Source of the DNA: Raillietiella orientalis
Taxonomy: Eukaryota
DNA length: 64,000 nucleotides
NCBI GenBank assembly: GCA_036172245.1
Contig: JAYWIR010000025.1
Location: 62,001-126,000, forward strand
Reading direction: 5' to 3'
In this document: positions 25,480 through 38,560 of the stretch, one piece after another
Layout of the letters: each line of letters opens with the position of its first letter
Position numbering within the stretch: the first letter of the stretch is position 1
The notes under the pieces: generated by a model
What the model saw: only the letters and a program-made list of their open reading frames with translations
Database searches by the model: none
What the model was told of the DNA's origin: nothing
Translations under genes and position numbers: made by a program

Positions 25480-26220
25480 TTTTCACAACCGGAGGGGGAT
25501 CCCGAAGGGATCAGGAACTCCTTGATTCCTGGAAGTACCACGGAATTCTTCAAGATAAAGGGAACTCCGGGAGAAGGTCTTCCCTATGAATCCAGGAAAG
25601 GTTCGGAGTCAGTCCCTCTTACTCCTGGGAAGGGGATCCCCAAAGTGCTCTACCCTGGTTGTTCCCGAAGGAAAACCCCTGAGGGAATCTCCTTCCTTGT
25701 TCTCTCCGAAGGGAACCCGGAAAGGATCCGCTGATGGAAATTTCTTCTCCAGAGGGAACCCGCAAGGGAGCCGCTCCCTGTCTCCTCCTGCTCCTTTGAA
25801 GAGAGGGTTCAAAGGGACGTTTCCGAAAACTCTCAGGAGGACGCTCCCCGAAGGGAGAGGCACTCTTTAGAGAGGTAGCAACACACCTATTCCATGGGAT
25901 GACGTGGAGGGTCCCCTCTGAAGGGGAGGGGTCTTCTCCTTTTCACAACCGGTGGGGAACTCTCATTGATTCCTGGAAGGACTCAAAGGTCGACTCCCGA
26001 TCCCGGCCAGTGAGCGGGGGCATTCGACTTCCACCGATAACGCATCCGAAGCCAACCGAGGCCAGCCGTCGTCATCCTGGAGAATGGGGGGGAAGGACTC
26101 GGAAGCCTCAAAGTACCCCCATTTCTCGGCATCAAACCTTCCTCTCCGGGCGGGATTCGAACCCGTAACCCTTGGCACCACACGCTCGCAGAGACGGCAG
26201 CCATGCGGCCTCCAACGCAG
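25480..26220 (-). mobile_element. tRNA-headed SINE-like repeat
   Basis: Exact B-box GGGTTCGAATCCC on minus (26152-26164); head cgttggaggccgcatgg; body with the ADPFRVPFGE subrepeat as at 55150. Confidence 0.8.
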
Positions 26221-26489
26221 GTCACCTTCCTGGGTTCGATTGTAATTAGCACCTCTTCCCTATTCATTCTTTCTAATCCGATTAAAATAGTAATCGATTG
26301 AAATAACACCTGATCCAGATCAGACAGAACCCTTTAGGAAGGAGGCTCGATGGATTTGAAAGAACGTCGCAAGAGCATCGGAATTGCACGCGTTTGTCCT
26401 TGCCTCTTCGTCCGAATGAACTGGAATCAGGGAAATTCCAGTCAAAGAGTGGTTCAGCAAACAAAAGTCCACGAGGATGACATGAGCAG

Positions 26490-29400
26490 CGTTTATTCGA
26501 ACCCGGCACGAAGGATGACTCTCAAAACCATGATGGGACACTTGAAGTTCATCTAGGTGGTCAGACTCATACTTGAAATTAAGCGCCTCGCCTCCACCCT
26601 ATTCCGAGCGTCGAACTTTTACAGCACCACCTGAAGTAGCGTAGGAGCTGGCATTGAATGCACATGGATGCGGCGAGGAAGGAGGGAATTCCCAGGCAAC
26701 GAAACCCGATGCTGCCTTCATCCCTGTTTCTCACTAGCTCAGGGGAGTTGTCGTTTACCTAATGGTCCAGGCAGGCGGTGAGAACAGTAAGAGGTGGAGG
26801 AACGGATATCCATGTAAGAGCTTCCAGCGACGTCCACCTGCTTCCTACTCTTCTTCATGGTGGGGCACGTCCAAATCCAACGAGACATGCTGGATTGGTA
26901 GGAAGAAGCTCGCTCCTCCAAGAGACATTCCCGGAGAAGCAAATCACCTTCACCAGTGAGTCCATCAGCTCCGCCAGTTGAAACTTTAGGTCGATGCATC
27001 CCAGAGACAACCTGTCATGCGATGACTTCAAGCAACGCACCACCGCCCATCGGCCTTGGGACCGGCTGTGTTGTGAATTCCTTGAGATACACTGCCGCAC
27101 GTTTCAACGACGGACCTAAGGTTGACCCTACGACAAAAGTCTTCCAGTGTGCAAAAACTTTCGCTACTGGTTTGCGACCCAAGCAAAATGGATTCTCTCT
27201 CTCCTGCCTATTTCCAGTTGGAGTTACACAGCATCAAGGAGAAGCATCTATCCCTCACCTGGCGTCAATAGTTAGATTAAAAATAGGGCACTTATTGGAA
27301 AATATTTCAGACCCCTGTCGATTCTCCCTCAGCTTTTCCCTGACTCTGATTGCCAATCTGATTTCCATGGGAACTTCAGTCTTATCGTCACTTCCGTCAG
27401 CTCTCGCCTCTTCAAGTGTTAACTGGTCTCTAAATCTTCTGGGGTTCTCATTTGTGTGCAGCAGAGCGTGTCATTCGAGCCATTCTCCCACATCTCTTTC
27501 ACCAGCTTCATGGAATCCTGCATCTCCAAGCAGGATTGCGGCTTGCATGCGGTCAAAACAGAATTCTCCAAACGGGGTCAATAGCGTCGAAATAGATTTT
27601 TTTTTTTTGGTTTCCAGAAGCCATTTGTCAAGAAACTGAGAGTTTCCTTTTGTGCTTCGGCGAAAATTCGAACACGGTCCAAAGCAGTATACAAGAAAAA
27701 TTTCAAATTTTGCTTCCTGCGGGCAGGCCACTTCGCTACACGCCCAGTATTCATGGGAACAAAGCCTCGAGAGCTTGGGCAAGTTTTCCTGATTGGTGAA
27801 CCTCTCAAATGAGAAGATTCAGATGATAAGCACTCGGGAGCAATAAATGGCGAAGGCTGAGAAGAGAAATTCGGTCCGCGCTTTTGTCATGGTACCCACC
27901 TCAGGATGATGGAATTATCTTGAGATTACATGTCAGTCCCTGTTGTTGAAGCAGCACGGAGTAGCAGCGCAACCTATTCTGCGGTGGCGTGGACCCCAAA
28001 TTTTGCATCGGGAGCCATCCCTCTAAATTTTGCATTCTGGAAAACTGGAAGAGGACGAATGAAACGGCTAAAAAAGACAGGCCCTATTCACTCATGCATC
28101 TTACGGAGGTGATTCATGAAGTTTCTCTTCAGGAAACTGATCTTACCGTAGAGCGAACAATTGCTGCAAGCGATGGAACCACATGCTTTCCTGTGTCTTT
28201 CAGAACATGCATACCAACCGTCTCCTCGTGGAGGGAATTTCGCGATGCCAATCAAGGATGCATACTGAACTCTTCAGGTTTTGATCATCTCCGTTCCTTC
28301 TTCAAGTCTTTCACAATATCTCTCCGTGAGCAACCATACTCACTCTACAAAGGTCAACCTTCATTGGCTTCCGGAACGTTTTCTTCCACGAGCTTTATGG
28401 CTTAGCGATGGACTTCCCTGACATTGGAAGACTTTCCTGGAGGCTCCAAACATGGAGCTATCGAGCACGTCCTCTGGTGAGGGCACATTAGCGAAACAGC
28501 AGCCGTCTTCGAGTAAGGGAACAGCAGTTCACAAGCTGAGTCGCTTTGTGGAGCCGCCGCACTCTCGTGATACCCCCGGAATCAACTGTGAAGGAAGAGT
28601 CAGCTAGAACATCTAAAAGTTGGGTTTCCATTATTAACAAGCCAAACCCAAACTTCCAAGAGGAATTTGTCTTGGAGGCTTCAATCCTCAGCTGTCGCAC
28701 TCACGAACCTTTCGGTTGGAGTTTTCAGCTCCAGCACTTTTGCGAATATATTCTTTTATTCTTTGGACAGCTCGAGTCTACGCGAAGACGCGCGAGCAAG
28801 CGTGTATGTGGATAGGGGTGATGGAAAACTTCCAAACCGCAGAGATTGCTGTGGAATACTATACTGTCCTCTGCATAAGCAGCACAGGAAGCCTTTCCGT
28901 CCAGAAATTCATGAAGAAAATCAACAAAAGAAGCATCAATAACATCGCTTTTGCGTTAGGATGGAGTGGAAGTGTTCCATTTGGACGAGATGCGAGACTG
29001 GTGGCATCATCTTCTGAAGCACCCATCCCCCACCGCGAAAACGAAACACTCCTGCATGCTCCAGAGATTTGGGAAGTGGAGAATTGGGAAAGATTTGCAT
29101 TCAATCCAGTGGGGAAGGTTTGAACCCTTTTATTCAGAACAGCGCACTCTTCGCAACAATCCTCAAGGGTGAATCGTGTGATCATTACTCAGCAATGTCG
29201 AAATTAACTCCTTCCTTCCTCCTGATCCTCCTTCTTCTTAGTAGTGCCCTCCGACTGATCTCGCAGCGCCTCCTGTTTCCACCCTTTGCAGATGGTCCCT
29301 CTGCAAAAACTCAGGAAGACACGGTCCACGCGTCCCAAGGGATCACCTGCTGCATCACATGCACCGTGCACTCCGAGTCGAAGCCCACGGTACCGCCGGA

Positions 29401-31490
29401 GAGCTACAGCTTGCGGAAGGCCTGTTGGTGGTCAAGGAAAGAGCTGAAATGGGACGGAAAGGAGAGCATCCCTAGACATGTACGAGAAGCTCCCACAAGG
29501 AACGGTGAAGATCGCAAGTGCAGAAGATGAGTGGGGCTAAAAGAAAAAGTGCAGCACTGTGCGTAGCCAGCACACCAGTATCACCATCGAGTCTCAAGGA
29601 GATCTTGAGGGCAGTGTTGAAGAAGCTACACGCAGGCGGTAGGAGATTACGGTCTGCGGCCAGAAAATCCCACCGGAGTCGACCCAAAACCTCGGCAAGA
29701 CTTTGTGGTACTTCGCGAGGAGGATGGAATTGCCGTCATCGATGCCTGTCATGTCTTCGAAAGATTTACGCCGTCTTTTGAGGCAATGCGACAACAAAAG
29801 GGTGGCAAATGCGACGCCCTGATTGACCTTTCCACCTTCGCAGGAGCGGAAGCATCGTTTCGAGAGTTGGCGGTTTTCTTGTTGGGATTGTGGGATCTGA
29901 AAAAGTCTCACGGGGCTTCGAGATCCTCACGAGTTTGCGCGAGGACCACGAGAGGCGCACGATGGCGCGCTCCGATCCATAGTTCTGCCGGCGTAGTCGA
30001 GACTTCTGCCGAAGGCACTGTGGGGGTCGGTGATCTAATGAAGAAAGAAGTCTGCTGACATTTCGGTCGTTATTGATGTTGATGTGGATGCGCAAAGAGT
30101 GATGACCGTAGATTTGACCGCATCCCCACTATCCGCTTCCTTGTACGAAGCTATGGCTCGAGTGGGATCACTCAGCACAGCCAGTGGACCCATTAGATCC
30201 AGTGCGTATCACGAGAATGTTGGATGTTGATTCATACCACCTCCTTACTAGGGGGATGGACACCTGAGATATTCAGCTATTCCAGTGTTCCGCTTCCTTG
30301 GCTTCTTACCGAGTGCTCTTACAGACCCCCCTCACACCCCTCTGGAAAAGAAGTCGAAAGCCAGTTTTCGGTATCATCTCGGCTTCCGTTGTCCCAGGCA
30401 TTCCAGTGCTGCTGCTGAGCTCTCGGAAGGTCAGGAGACCTCGAATGCGATCTCCCTCCTCCCACCACGAAGGATCGTACCTTCGAGTTGATCTCAAGCC
30501 TGACTGACTGGTGCTGGTGGAGGCTGCCACCCTTCCAGTGCCCCTGTCGGTCTCGATCCGGCTGCTTAAACGGTGACTGAGGATGAGTGGCGCATCCACC
30601 CTTCCAGACCATGCGTCTCGCACACTCCTCGTGGATAGCCCGTCGACCCATGACACGTAGAGGAGGCGACCGGCGGGCAATGCCCACTCCCTCCAAAATG
30701 GAAAGTGTCCCGACGCACAGTGTCGGGCAACACGGGACACGGACGTCTCTAGAGAGGTCTGGGAGCTTCTCTTTAGGATGATGGAGCTCTTCCTTACACT
30801 CAGGGGGATCACCGCCGCTTTCCTCGTATCCACAGAGTTCCCCTGATTTCTTCAATACGTCTGCGCCGCTTCCATTCGACCGGTAGCGGGAGAACCCGGA
30901 GATCTCTGCAGCAGCAGCCCACCCTCTGTTGTGCTGGGCAAGAAAAACGAGGAGGCGCTTGCCAAGGGAGCGCACACGGAGCGGCGGCGCAACCCTGGGA
31001 GCTCTTCAGCGACCTCGAAAGACTTCCCGGGACGCTCCGTGGGGACCTGCCGAGGTTCAATTCTTCCATACACAGCGAGCTTCCTGGTTCCTTTCCTCTG
31101 CCTTTGCCCGCGAGGTCAGCCGAAGGGATGACCGAGTCAAACCTTCCCTTGATGTGCTGCCTTGGCAACGAGTCTGCCCAAGGAACGACTGTCTGGAGCT
31201 TCTGAAACGCTGTCTCATTCCTAGGCTCTTAGCGGCCTTGGCAACGCTCGTTCGTGCAGCGGCAAGCGACGGAGGTGCTTGAACGAGAGCCTCCGGTTCC
31301 AGGACTCCCTAACCAGCTGTCCTCAACAGAGATTGTCTCTGTTTTCTTCCTCCTCCTCCGACAGCCTCCTCACAGAAATCCGTTTCTCCTTGCGGTTCGT
31401 CATCCCTGGCCGCAGGGAAGGGAGAAAGTCCCGTCTTCAGGACACGACCGTTCTCAACGCCGGCACGGAGGATGCGAGAAGGTTGACACT
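26490..31490 (-). mobile_element. Near full-length decayed L1/Tx1-clade LINE
   Basis: Colinear relics: ORF1-like (30.3-31.4 kb); EN (MRIHININND at 30095, QGVAF, DDG, LDGD, SNDH ~29180); NSSWKF (~28650); EVH.AIK.. (~28400); RT pieces 27.5-28.3 kb; aataaacg end at ~26490. Confidence 0.6.
28810..29170 (+). mobile_element. Opposite-strand RT fragment embedded in the LINE
   Basis: EIAVEYY...ENWERFAFNPVGKV..LFATILK resembles PG.DGl.vEfY...NWRPISLLNVDYKILAKIL. Confidence 0.45.
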
Positions 31491-31494
31491 CTGT

Positions 31495-33100
31495 TGCGCC
31501 CAATCGTTTATTTACATAAAAATAAATATATAGCTCAGTGAATATACTAAAAGGAACCTGCCGACAAGCGGCGCGCAGGCCAGCGAGGTTCCCTTCACTG
31601 GCCTGCGTGCAGAGTCAGAGGGGGAGGGGGGGACAAACAAAAAGGAAAAGTGAAACAAAAAATATATACAAAAAAAATTGGGAGGGAGTTTGGGAAGGAA
31701 TCACCGGATGCTGAAGGGCGTCCTCTACATCCTTTGCAGGATGCCGGCAAGTTCCTGTTTTAAGGTTCTCACATGGGATCATCTTGACGCTATATCCAAG
31801 AAGCAGATCTCAAAATAGATGGCGTCCCGGTTGTCTTGGCCTTCCCTGGCGTTTCTCCATGCAGCCACGACCTGCATAGACAGCAAAGTGCCGCTAGGGA
31901 TGCGGCTGGCGTGAGGGCGTCGCTCTGGAAGAGGAGCTTTACAATGTCTCCGGGGCTGCTCTTGGGGTTCCTCCGGGATGCGGCAAAGCGTCCCTACAGG
32001 GGGCGAAGGGTAGCACAATCCAAAAGCAGGTGTGGAAGAGAGTCTCTCTCTTGCACGTGCCGCTGATTTGGCTCACACTCCCCCGGGTCTAGAGGTGTAG
32101 GCGGACGTTTCACAAGAGGCCCCAATTGCAACAGAAGGATCTCCGACTCCTGCCACTTTAGGGAAAGAGGGTTGCACTTTTCCAGGAAGCTGGAGGCCAT
32201 TGTATCTCCTTCGGAGGAATTTCTGGTTGCTCTGCCCAGAGAAACAGTCCTTTTGGAGGAATATTTTGGATGGCAACATCTGTCAGCTCCCGAATTGTCT
32301 ACGTAGTTAAATGCTTTTTGCTGTTATTAATTATTCCTCCCACTTTTCCGGAAGGTCGCTGTCTCTTGCTTCCTGTAGGGAGGGCAGCATTGAGGCTAGG
32401 GGGATGAAGGACGCCCAAAGCAGATTCCTGGTGTTACCCAGATCTCCCTCAACGACTGACGAGCGTATCTGCTGTTTCGTTGGCAAATACACTCCGCCCG
32501 CTCTCTCGTGCCATTGATTTTACTCCGTGCGAAAATGGACTCCTGCAGCCAAGTTGTCCAGTTCGCGAGAAGGACGGAGATCCAGGGATTTTGTTGTACC
32601 AAGGCAACCATCTGGCGAAGTTGAGAGCCAAGATGGCTCAAACTTCGCTTGCTGGCCACGACGACCGAAGTTAATCCCCCGCAGCCGGCTGCTCGCTTGG
32701 CGAGGATTCTTGCCGGGGCGCACCAAGGCGTAGTCCAAAGTTTGGGAGGCCAGTGAGAGTTTTCGGAATTGGAGCTGACTCTCCATCCTCTCCATCGTAA
32801 GGGATCCAGTTCACCATCCCCTACATGGGGTGCAAAGGTACTTTAACCGGACTCTAGGCCTCCCTGTGTCTCACAGGGCATTTCTGAGGAGGCCCTTGGT
32901 CTTCTTTTGGATGGCCGTAAGGATGTGGCAAACAAAAAGCAGGAGATCGGGGGAAGGGAGCTGCAAACGCGTTCTACACCGAGGGCCGTTCCGACAGATA
33001 AAACCTGTCGTTTCAAGACGTGCATCGCATCTGCGCGGATGCAGGAGGAAAGATCCTTCTCCTTCCTTCCCCCTTCTTAACGGTGTTGCTCACGTGGCCT
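31495..33100 (-). mobile_element. LINE ORF2 C-terminal part and 3' UTR
   Basis: PCETQGGL, LSLKWQESEILLLQLG, CAT, AAWRNAREGQDNRDAIYF; 3' UTR with stem-loop 31571-31610 and aataaacg. Confidence 0.75.
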
Positions 33101-36100
33101 CGTCCGAAGCTGGCCAGAGAGCGCAGAATGCTCTGGGAAAATTCCCATCAGCACAGTTCTTTTCTCTCTGCAACCGTGTCTGACCTCCTCTTGGCGAGAG
33201 CAAGGCGCTTCAGCGGCGTCCGCTGAGGGAATCACGCGGCGTTGCTCCCCTCGTGGGGGAGGAGGTGGAGCGATCCCTACGGACACGTGGAGTGGGAGAG
33301 GAGCTGCTGGAGGCAAAGGGGAGGATGGAAGGGGAGGACGAGGAGAAAGGGAGGAAAATGAAAGGGAGGACCGATTCTAAGGAACCGGGAAGGAGACTCG
33401 AGGTCAGGGAGCGCGCTTCGCGCAACCAGGACTCGAGGTCGGCCGCGTGAGTTTAGGAAAGACCCAGGAGCGAACGGTGGTCGTTTCCTCTCGCCTTCTC
33501 CCCGGTCCTGGCGACAGCGACCCTCCCCCTTTTCCCTCCCTGAAGAGGAAGGACCGCTCCGCAAGAGTTCCTCCCCACTGAGGATCTGCCGCTCGAAACC
33601 TTCCCCGGGAGCAGTAATTCGATACGGGAGCCCCTCCCTCATGTCAGTCTCTCGTCAGGGATTCTAAGCGAATTCCGTTAGCCCGCTCCCAGGCCCGGTT
33701 CCGGGATTTTAATTGAATCAGGAATTTCGCTCCTCAGAACATCCCAAGCGACTCCTTTGGTTTCCCCTTCCTCTCTCCCCCACCCAAGTCCCGTGCGATC
33801 CCTTTTCCGAATGAGGGGCTAGCCGCCCCCAAGGGAGCAGAACTTTCGAACCCGGTGGGATCAGAGCCGCCTCTAGCTGCAGCGGAGGCGTCCGACTGGA
33901 AGATCCTCCTCGGTTCCGCTGCGAGAGAGGAAAATGAAGAACTCCAGGCGCCGACTGAAGATTCCGGGCTGCGTAGGCGTGCACCTCTTTCGGCCTCGGC
34001 GTCCCCAAGAGGGAGTAGCGACTTCGCCTGGTCTTGGGTTCCTTGCGGCTTCCTTCCCTCCGAAAGCCGCTGTTCTTCCTGCCAAGAGAAAGAGAAGTTC
34101 CTGTTCTCATTCTCGGCCGCTGAGAGGGTTCAGGTGGGTCGTACGGGAAGGGCGGCGAAGGAGGAAGGCACGATGAGGGAGGGGATCCACGGCGAAGGGA
34201 GAAGCCTGCGGCGTCGGGAAGAAGCGCTTGGAACGGTTCCCAGCTGAGCTCCTCCGCGGTTCCCAGCGTCCTCCGTTGCAATGTGGTGCAGTGTGGCTGC
34301 CGGAGACCAAGCGTCTGCGGATCTGTCCCGTCTCGGTAGCACTTCCCAGCTTCCGCTTGACCAAGGGGGTCTCCTCCAAGAGTCACCCACTCTCATGACA
34401 GAGAGGATCTCTGGTAACACGAGGTGATGTTGATTGCGGGAAGCCATTCCGCTGGTGCTGAGGGTGACAACAAAAGGGAGAGAAATGGAAGAAGGGACGA
34501 TGACGATGGTGGCGACGTCAATGATGATGAACGTCGATGACAAAGATGACGACGACTGTGTCTATGGAGATGATGGTGACGGTGGCGATCGCGCCGATGG
34601 CAACAGCGATGGCGACGATGATGATGAGGAGGAAACGAAGAGGAGAGGAGGAGCAGAAGGCATCTTTTGGTTTGTCCGGAACTCACGACCATTCGTTCCT
34701 TAAAAGGCGCCCAGCTCTACCCTCATTCATGAGCGCTCAACTGGAAGATAATCCATTGAGAAGAGAGGGAAAACGAGTGCCAGGGTCTCTCATCTGACTC
34801 CCTTTTGGTACCAGCAAGACTCCTAGAAGAGCGTCACTTTTGATGCGGAGGAACAACAAGAGACAAGTAGGGACGCGATCCGCTCTCCCCGGGTGAAATG
34901 GGAAAAACAGGAAGCGGCGGAAGGCATGCCTGCTCTTCAGGAGAACTTCAGAAGGAAGAGAGGTGAGGAGTTGAAGGGAATTGAGCCAGAGAGGAGGAAG
35001 CGCCTTCTGAATTGCTTCTTACCAGGTGGTCTGGGAACCAAGAATCTTCCCATCGGTCCGCGGATCTCTTCCTTTTGTCCCACCGCCCTCGCATGGATTG
35101 GCGGCGCGCACCTTTCGGGGTCTGCTGGAGAAAAGACAAAGAGAACGATATACACAGGACCCTGGGTGCAGCTTCCCCCTTCTCGTCTTCCTAAGGGTTC
35201 GGTAGCGTTGCCGAGAACTCGATGCGAGGAACGCATCTGGCGGTGACCTTGATAGACTCCATCCCTTCTTTCCGTCTCTCCCGTCTTGCCCCTACTTAAG
35301 ACGGGATGCGCAGCAACTATGTCCCACTAGACTCGGAAGCCGCGTGCTCCCGGGAAGTTCTCGAACCTGCCTAGAGGGTAATCTCATCCCTTTCGGGATC
35401 CCCACTCATGACGGGGAGTCCCGTTGATCGCAGTCAAGTCCAACTCTTCCCGTCCGTGCCGCATTTCCCGTCTCTGTCCTCATGGAGCACGCACTTGGAG
35501 ACGTCCAGGAATGCTCCAGATTCGGTCTTGAATGCGTGGACGACTCCGTCCTTATCCATGCCCACCTCCAGGCAGGAGCCGCTACTTCCGCTGACGCGCA
35601 TTGCCAACGGCCCACGCTCCGGGCAATAGAAGTGGAAAGTGAAACAATGAGAAGTTTTGGGCGTGAGGCCACGGTAGTGCTGTCGACCTCTACTTGTCCT
35701 CGGGGTCGTGCGTCAACTGGGAAGCTTCCAAGATTGCTCGGGTGGTGGGAAATGGGGCACCTTTGTGAGCGGGACTGAGAGAGTCTGAGGGCATCTGCCG
35801 TGGGGTCATTCCGCCGACAGAGAAAAAAGTCACCGTCTCCGAGGTCTGGTAGATTCAGCAATCAATGCGTACCCCCTTGACCACTGGTTCTCCGAGCCTG
35901 ATCGCAGTCTGCTCCCGTGGGAGTCTTCCACACAGCTCCAGAGTTAGCAGAGCCTTCAAGGTCGTCTTTCCGTGCAGCTCGCCTGGTGGAAGCGACTACT
36001 TTCCTTTTTCGGGACCCTTTTCCTCCTTACTTGAGGATATTTCGGTCTCCTCCCTTGGGAATCGCTCCGGGGACCGGTAGGCAACGGCTTTCCTTTTGCC

Positions 36101-37010
36101 TCCCTGCACTGTCCCGTGGGCATGAACTAACCGCAGAGCAGTCTCCTCCCCAAACGCCATGCTTCTACGCTTCTGGATTTTCGGGCCGCAGGCACTTTGG
36201 CTCAGATGAGGTCTCTCTTGCACTCTAAGATCCTCCTCATCGGATTGCGAGGAGCAGACTGAGGAACTATTGTTTTCCTTCAGGTGCATCGTTAAGGTCG
36301 TCTCGCCTTTACACCCCCATTCATTCGGAGACCGTGAGAACGGATGCAGCGAGGATCTGGATGTCATCTCGACCACCGAGCATGCCAGAAGATGCTGCGA
36401 GTTTTCTCTTGAAGAAAAAATCCTTCAGATTGCATCGGCTATTTTTGTTCAGTGCTTTTTGCACATCCTGTCTCTCTTCGAGGAGCTACAGAGGGGAATT
36501 TTGCTCTGAGCTGCAGCTGCGTGATCTGGGATGCCACCTCTGAAGACGAGAGTACCCTTCGAGGAGCATCTGGCTCTGGGAATCCCAAAGTTCTTGTGGT
36601 CACTGGCTATTTCTCAGCCCCTTTTACGCGAATCTCTGCTGAAGCAACTTCCTTGCTCCGGCCACCTTGCCCAGCCCACTCCCCGGAAGTCCATTTCGTC
36701 GAGTGCGTTTGCTGCCCAAGGACAGCTATTCTCTTCCAGCTCATGCCTGATCGGTACCTGCAGAGTTCTTCTTTCTATACTGGCGCCTCGAAACAGCGTC
36801 CCGGCGTCCCTCGCACCAAGGAGAGACCGGTTCCTCCAAGGACCGTTCGACCTCAGGGCTTGGGCTTCCCTGCCTCCTCGTAAGAGATTTCGCATTTTTG
36901 CGACCTCACTGATCGGGAAAGAGTCGCCCGCGTCGCGGCGAGTCTGACGCCTCGCTTCCGGGGAGCTCGCCGCGCAGTTTTTCCCACTGCGAGCAGAGGA
37001 AAATTTTTCT
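33100..37010 (-). mobile_element. LINE 5' UTR/ORF1-like relic with CpG-rich region
   Basis: CpG-rich 5'-like start near 36940-37010; ORF1-like peptide in ORF 35406-35861; low-complexity 33.1-34.4 kb region similar to other ORF1 tails. Confidence 0.35.
34490..34650. repeat. Degenerate (GAT/GAC)n trinucleotide tract
   Basis: gatgacgatggtggcgacg..gatgacgacgac..gatgatgatgag visible directly. Confidence 0.75.
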
Positions 37011-37687
37011 CCGCTTCCTTTTTGATTGATGGAACGGGCTCAGCGCTTCTATTCGAAAGACCAGATGTGCTGAGAGACTCTGCTGCGCTTAAGACCGGCA
37101 GTGAGGATTCGACTCGTCCTCATACGCTGCTCACTGGCTCTCAAGGACGGACAGCGCACGTAACGACGAGACCATCAAGAGGTGCAGTGGAGCTCTTTTT
37201 CTGCGTCTTTCTTTTCCTTCTTCTCCCCTCCGCTAAAAAAGAAGGGAGAGAACGGATAGGAAGGGACTGAAAATAAGAAAACAAAGCGTCTGACCAGGCC
37301 GCTAAGGAGCAGTCATGGAGACACAAGAGTATTCTTTTGCGCCCAAACGAACCATTCCACTTGGCACTTCGGGGATCTTTTCTGAACTCACTATGATCGC
37401 AGTTGATGCTGCCTTCCAGCATCTTTTCAGAGAAAACTTCATCTCGCGGCTGCAGACCTCCGAAACAGGTGGCCTGAAACCTTCCAGTATGACAGGCGGA
37501 CCATTTCTCTCATGTCCTTTTAATGATCCACGCTATCCCGGACTGGAAAGCCATCCAACTGAAGCACCTACCCTCAGGGAGGAGAGCACGCTGTTCCATC
37601 GAGCTCCCTGTCGGGATCTCCTCCAGGATTTCCAGAATGGTTTCTCTTTCCGAAGCCTTTGGCACCGACCAGAAATCGGCAACACCC

Positions 37688-37930
37688 GCTTTGGCAGCCG
37701 TGTGGCTGCGCTCTCCGAGCTCGTACGAAGCGTCGCGGGTTCGAATCCCGCCTGAGGAAGGGTCGGCGTTGAGAAATGGGTGCTTCGTGGGTTTCGAGTC
37801 CCTTTCGCGGGATGACGCTTGTTGGACTACAGACTTCGGGTGCGACACTGGTGGAAGTCAGGTAACCGGATGCCCCCGTTGACCAGCTGGGATAGAAAGT
37901 TGATCCTCCAGGGTCCTTATAGGAACAAAG
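37688..37930 (+). mobile_element. Head and proximal body of the SINE-like repeat
   Basis: ttggcagccgtgtgg A-box-like, exact GGGTTCGAATCCC at 37737-37749, then ggatgacgct as in other copies. Confidence 0.75.
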
Positions 37931-38560
37931 GAACAGTTCTTAAGGAGTTTCCCTTAGAGATGAAAATGGACCCTCTTTTGTATACATGGAGCTGGTTGAT
38001 ACCTCTCCTCTGGGCCTTCAGCTGTCCTCCAAGCAACACTGCTCGAATGGAAGGGATGACGAGGCCATATCAATTGCAGGGAAGGTAGAGAATGACCTAC
38101 ATCATGGATCTCATGCTCTCCTGGCATGCTTTGCGGTTAACAAGCTGGAACGAAACCAAGTAGGTCTTTGTACACCTCTTGCTCCGATGTGGCGCCATTC
38201 TTCCAACACGCAACCGAAGGAACCGGGGAGTCTTCATGAATGTCCGTATTTCGAGCGCAACCATTCCAGCCGAAGACCAGCTTTCTAAATCGCGGCTGAG
38301 TTCCCTCGCACGTACCTCCGTGGATCATTGGATGCTGGAGCTTCCGAGTGTGTGCTGCAGTGTGCGATGAGGCTTTCTTTGAAAGGACACCTCCATCTTC
38401 AAAGAAGATGGAGGTGTCCTTCTTTTCCCATCCACAGGATGCAGGAAAAAAGGCAGAGGAAGCGTTTGACCTCGAAACTTTGCTGATTCCGAATTTTTAA
38501 CCCTTCTGTCGAGAGAGTTCATTCCTTTGCAGTGCTTTTTCCTTTCTCAAGTTCCAAAAG
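37930..38560 (+). mobile_element. LINE RT relic
   Basis: TRPYQLQGR..HGSHALLACFAVNKL resembles the region around GVRQGCPLSPLLF. Confidence 0.3.

Noticed and set aside
26490..26510. Additional tRNA B-box (gggttcgaat on minus)
   Set aside because: Overlaps the aataaacg LINE terminus and lacks the SINE head and body context.
34434..34703. Asp-rich or His-rich protein
   Set aside because: Explained by a degenerate GAT/GAC microsatellite that keeps several frames open.
37688..37760. Functional tRNA gene (also 26150-26220 and 47945-48012)
   Set aside because: B-box is intact, but I cannot form an acceptor stem or a consistent anticodon arm, and each continues into the same repeat body; these are SINE heads.
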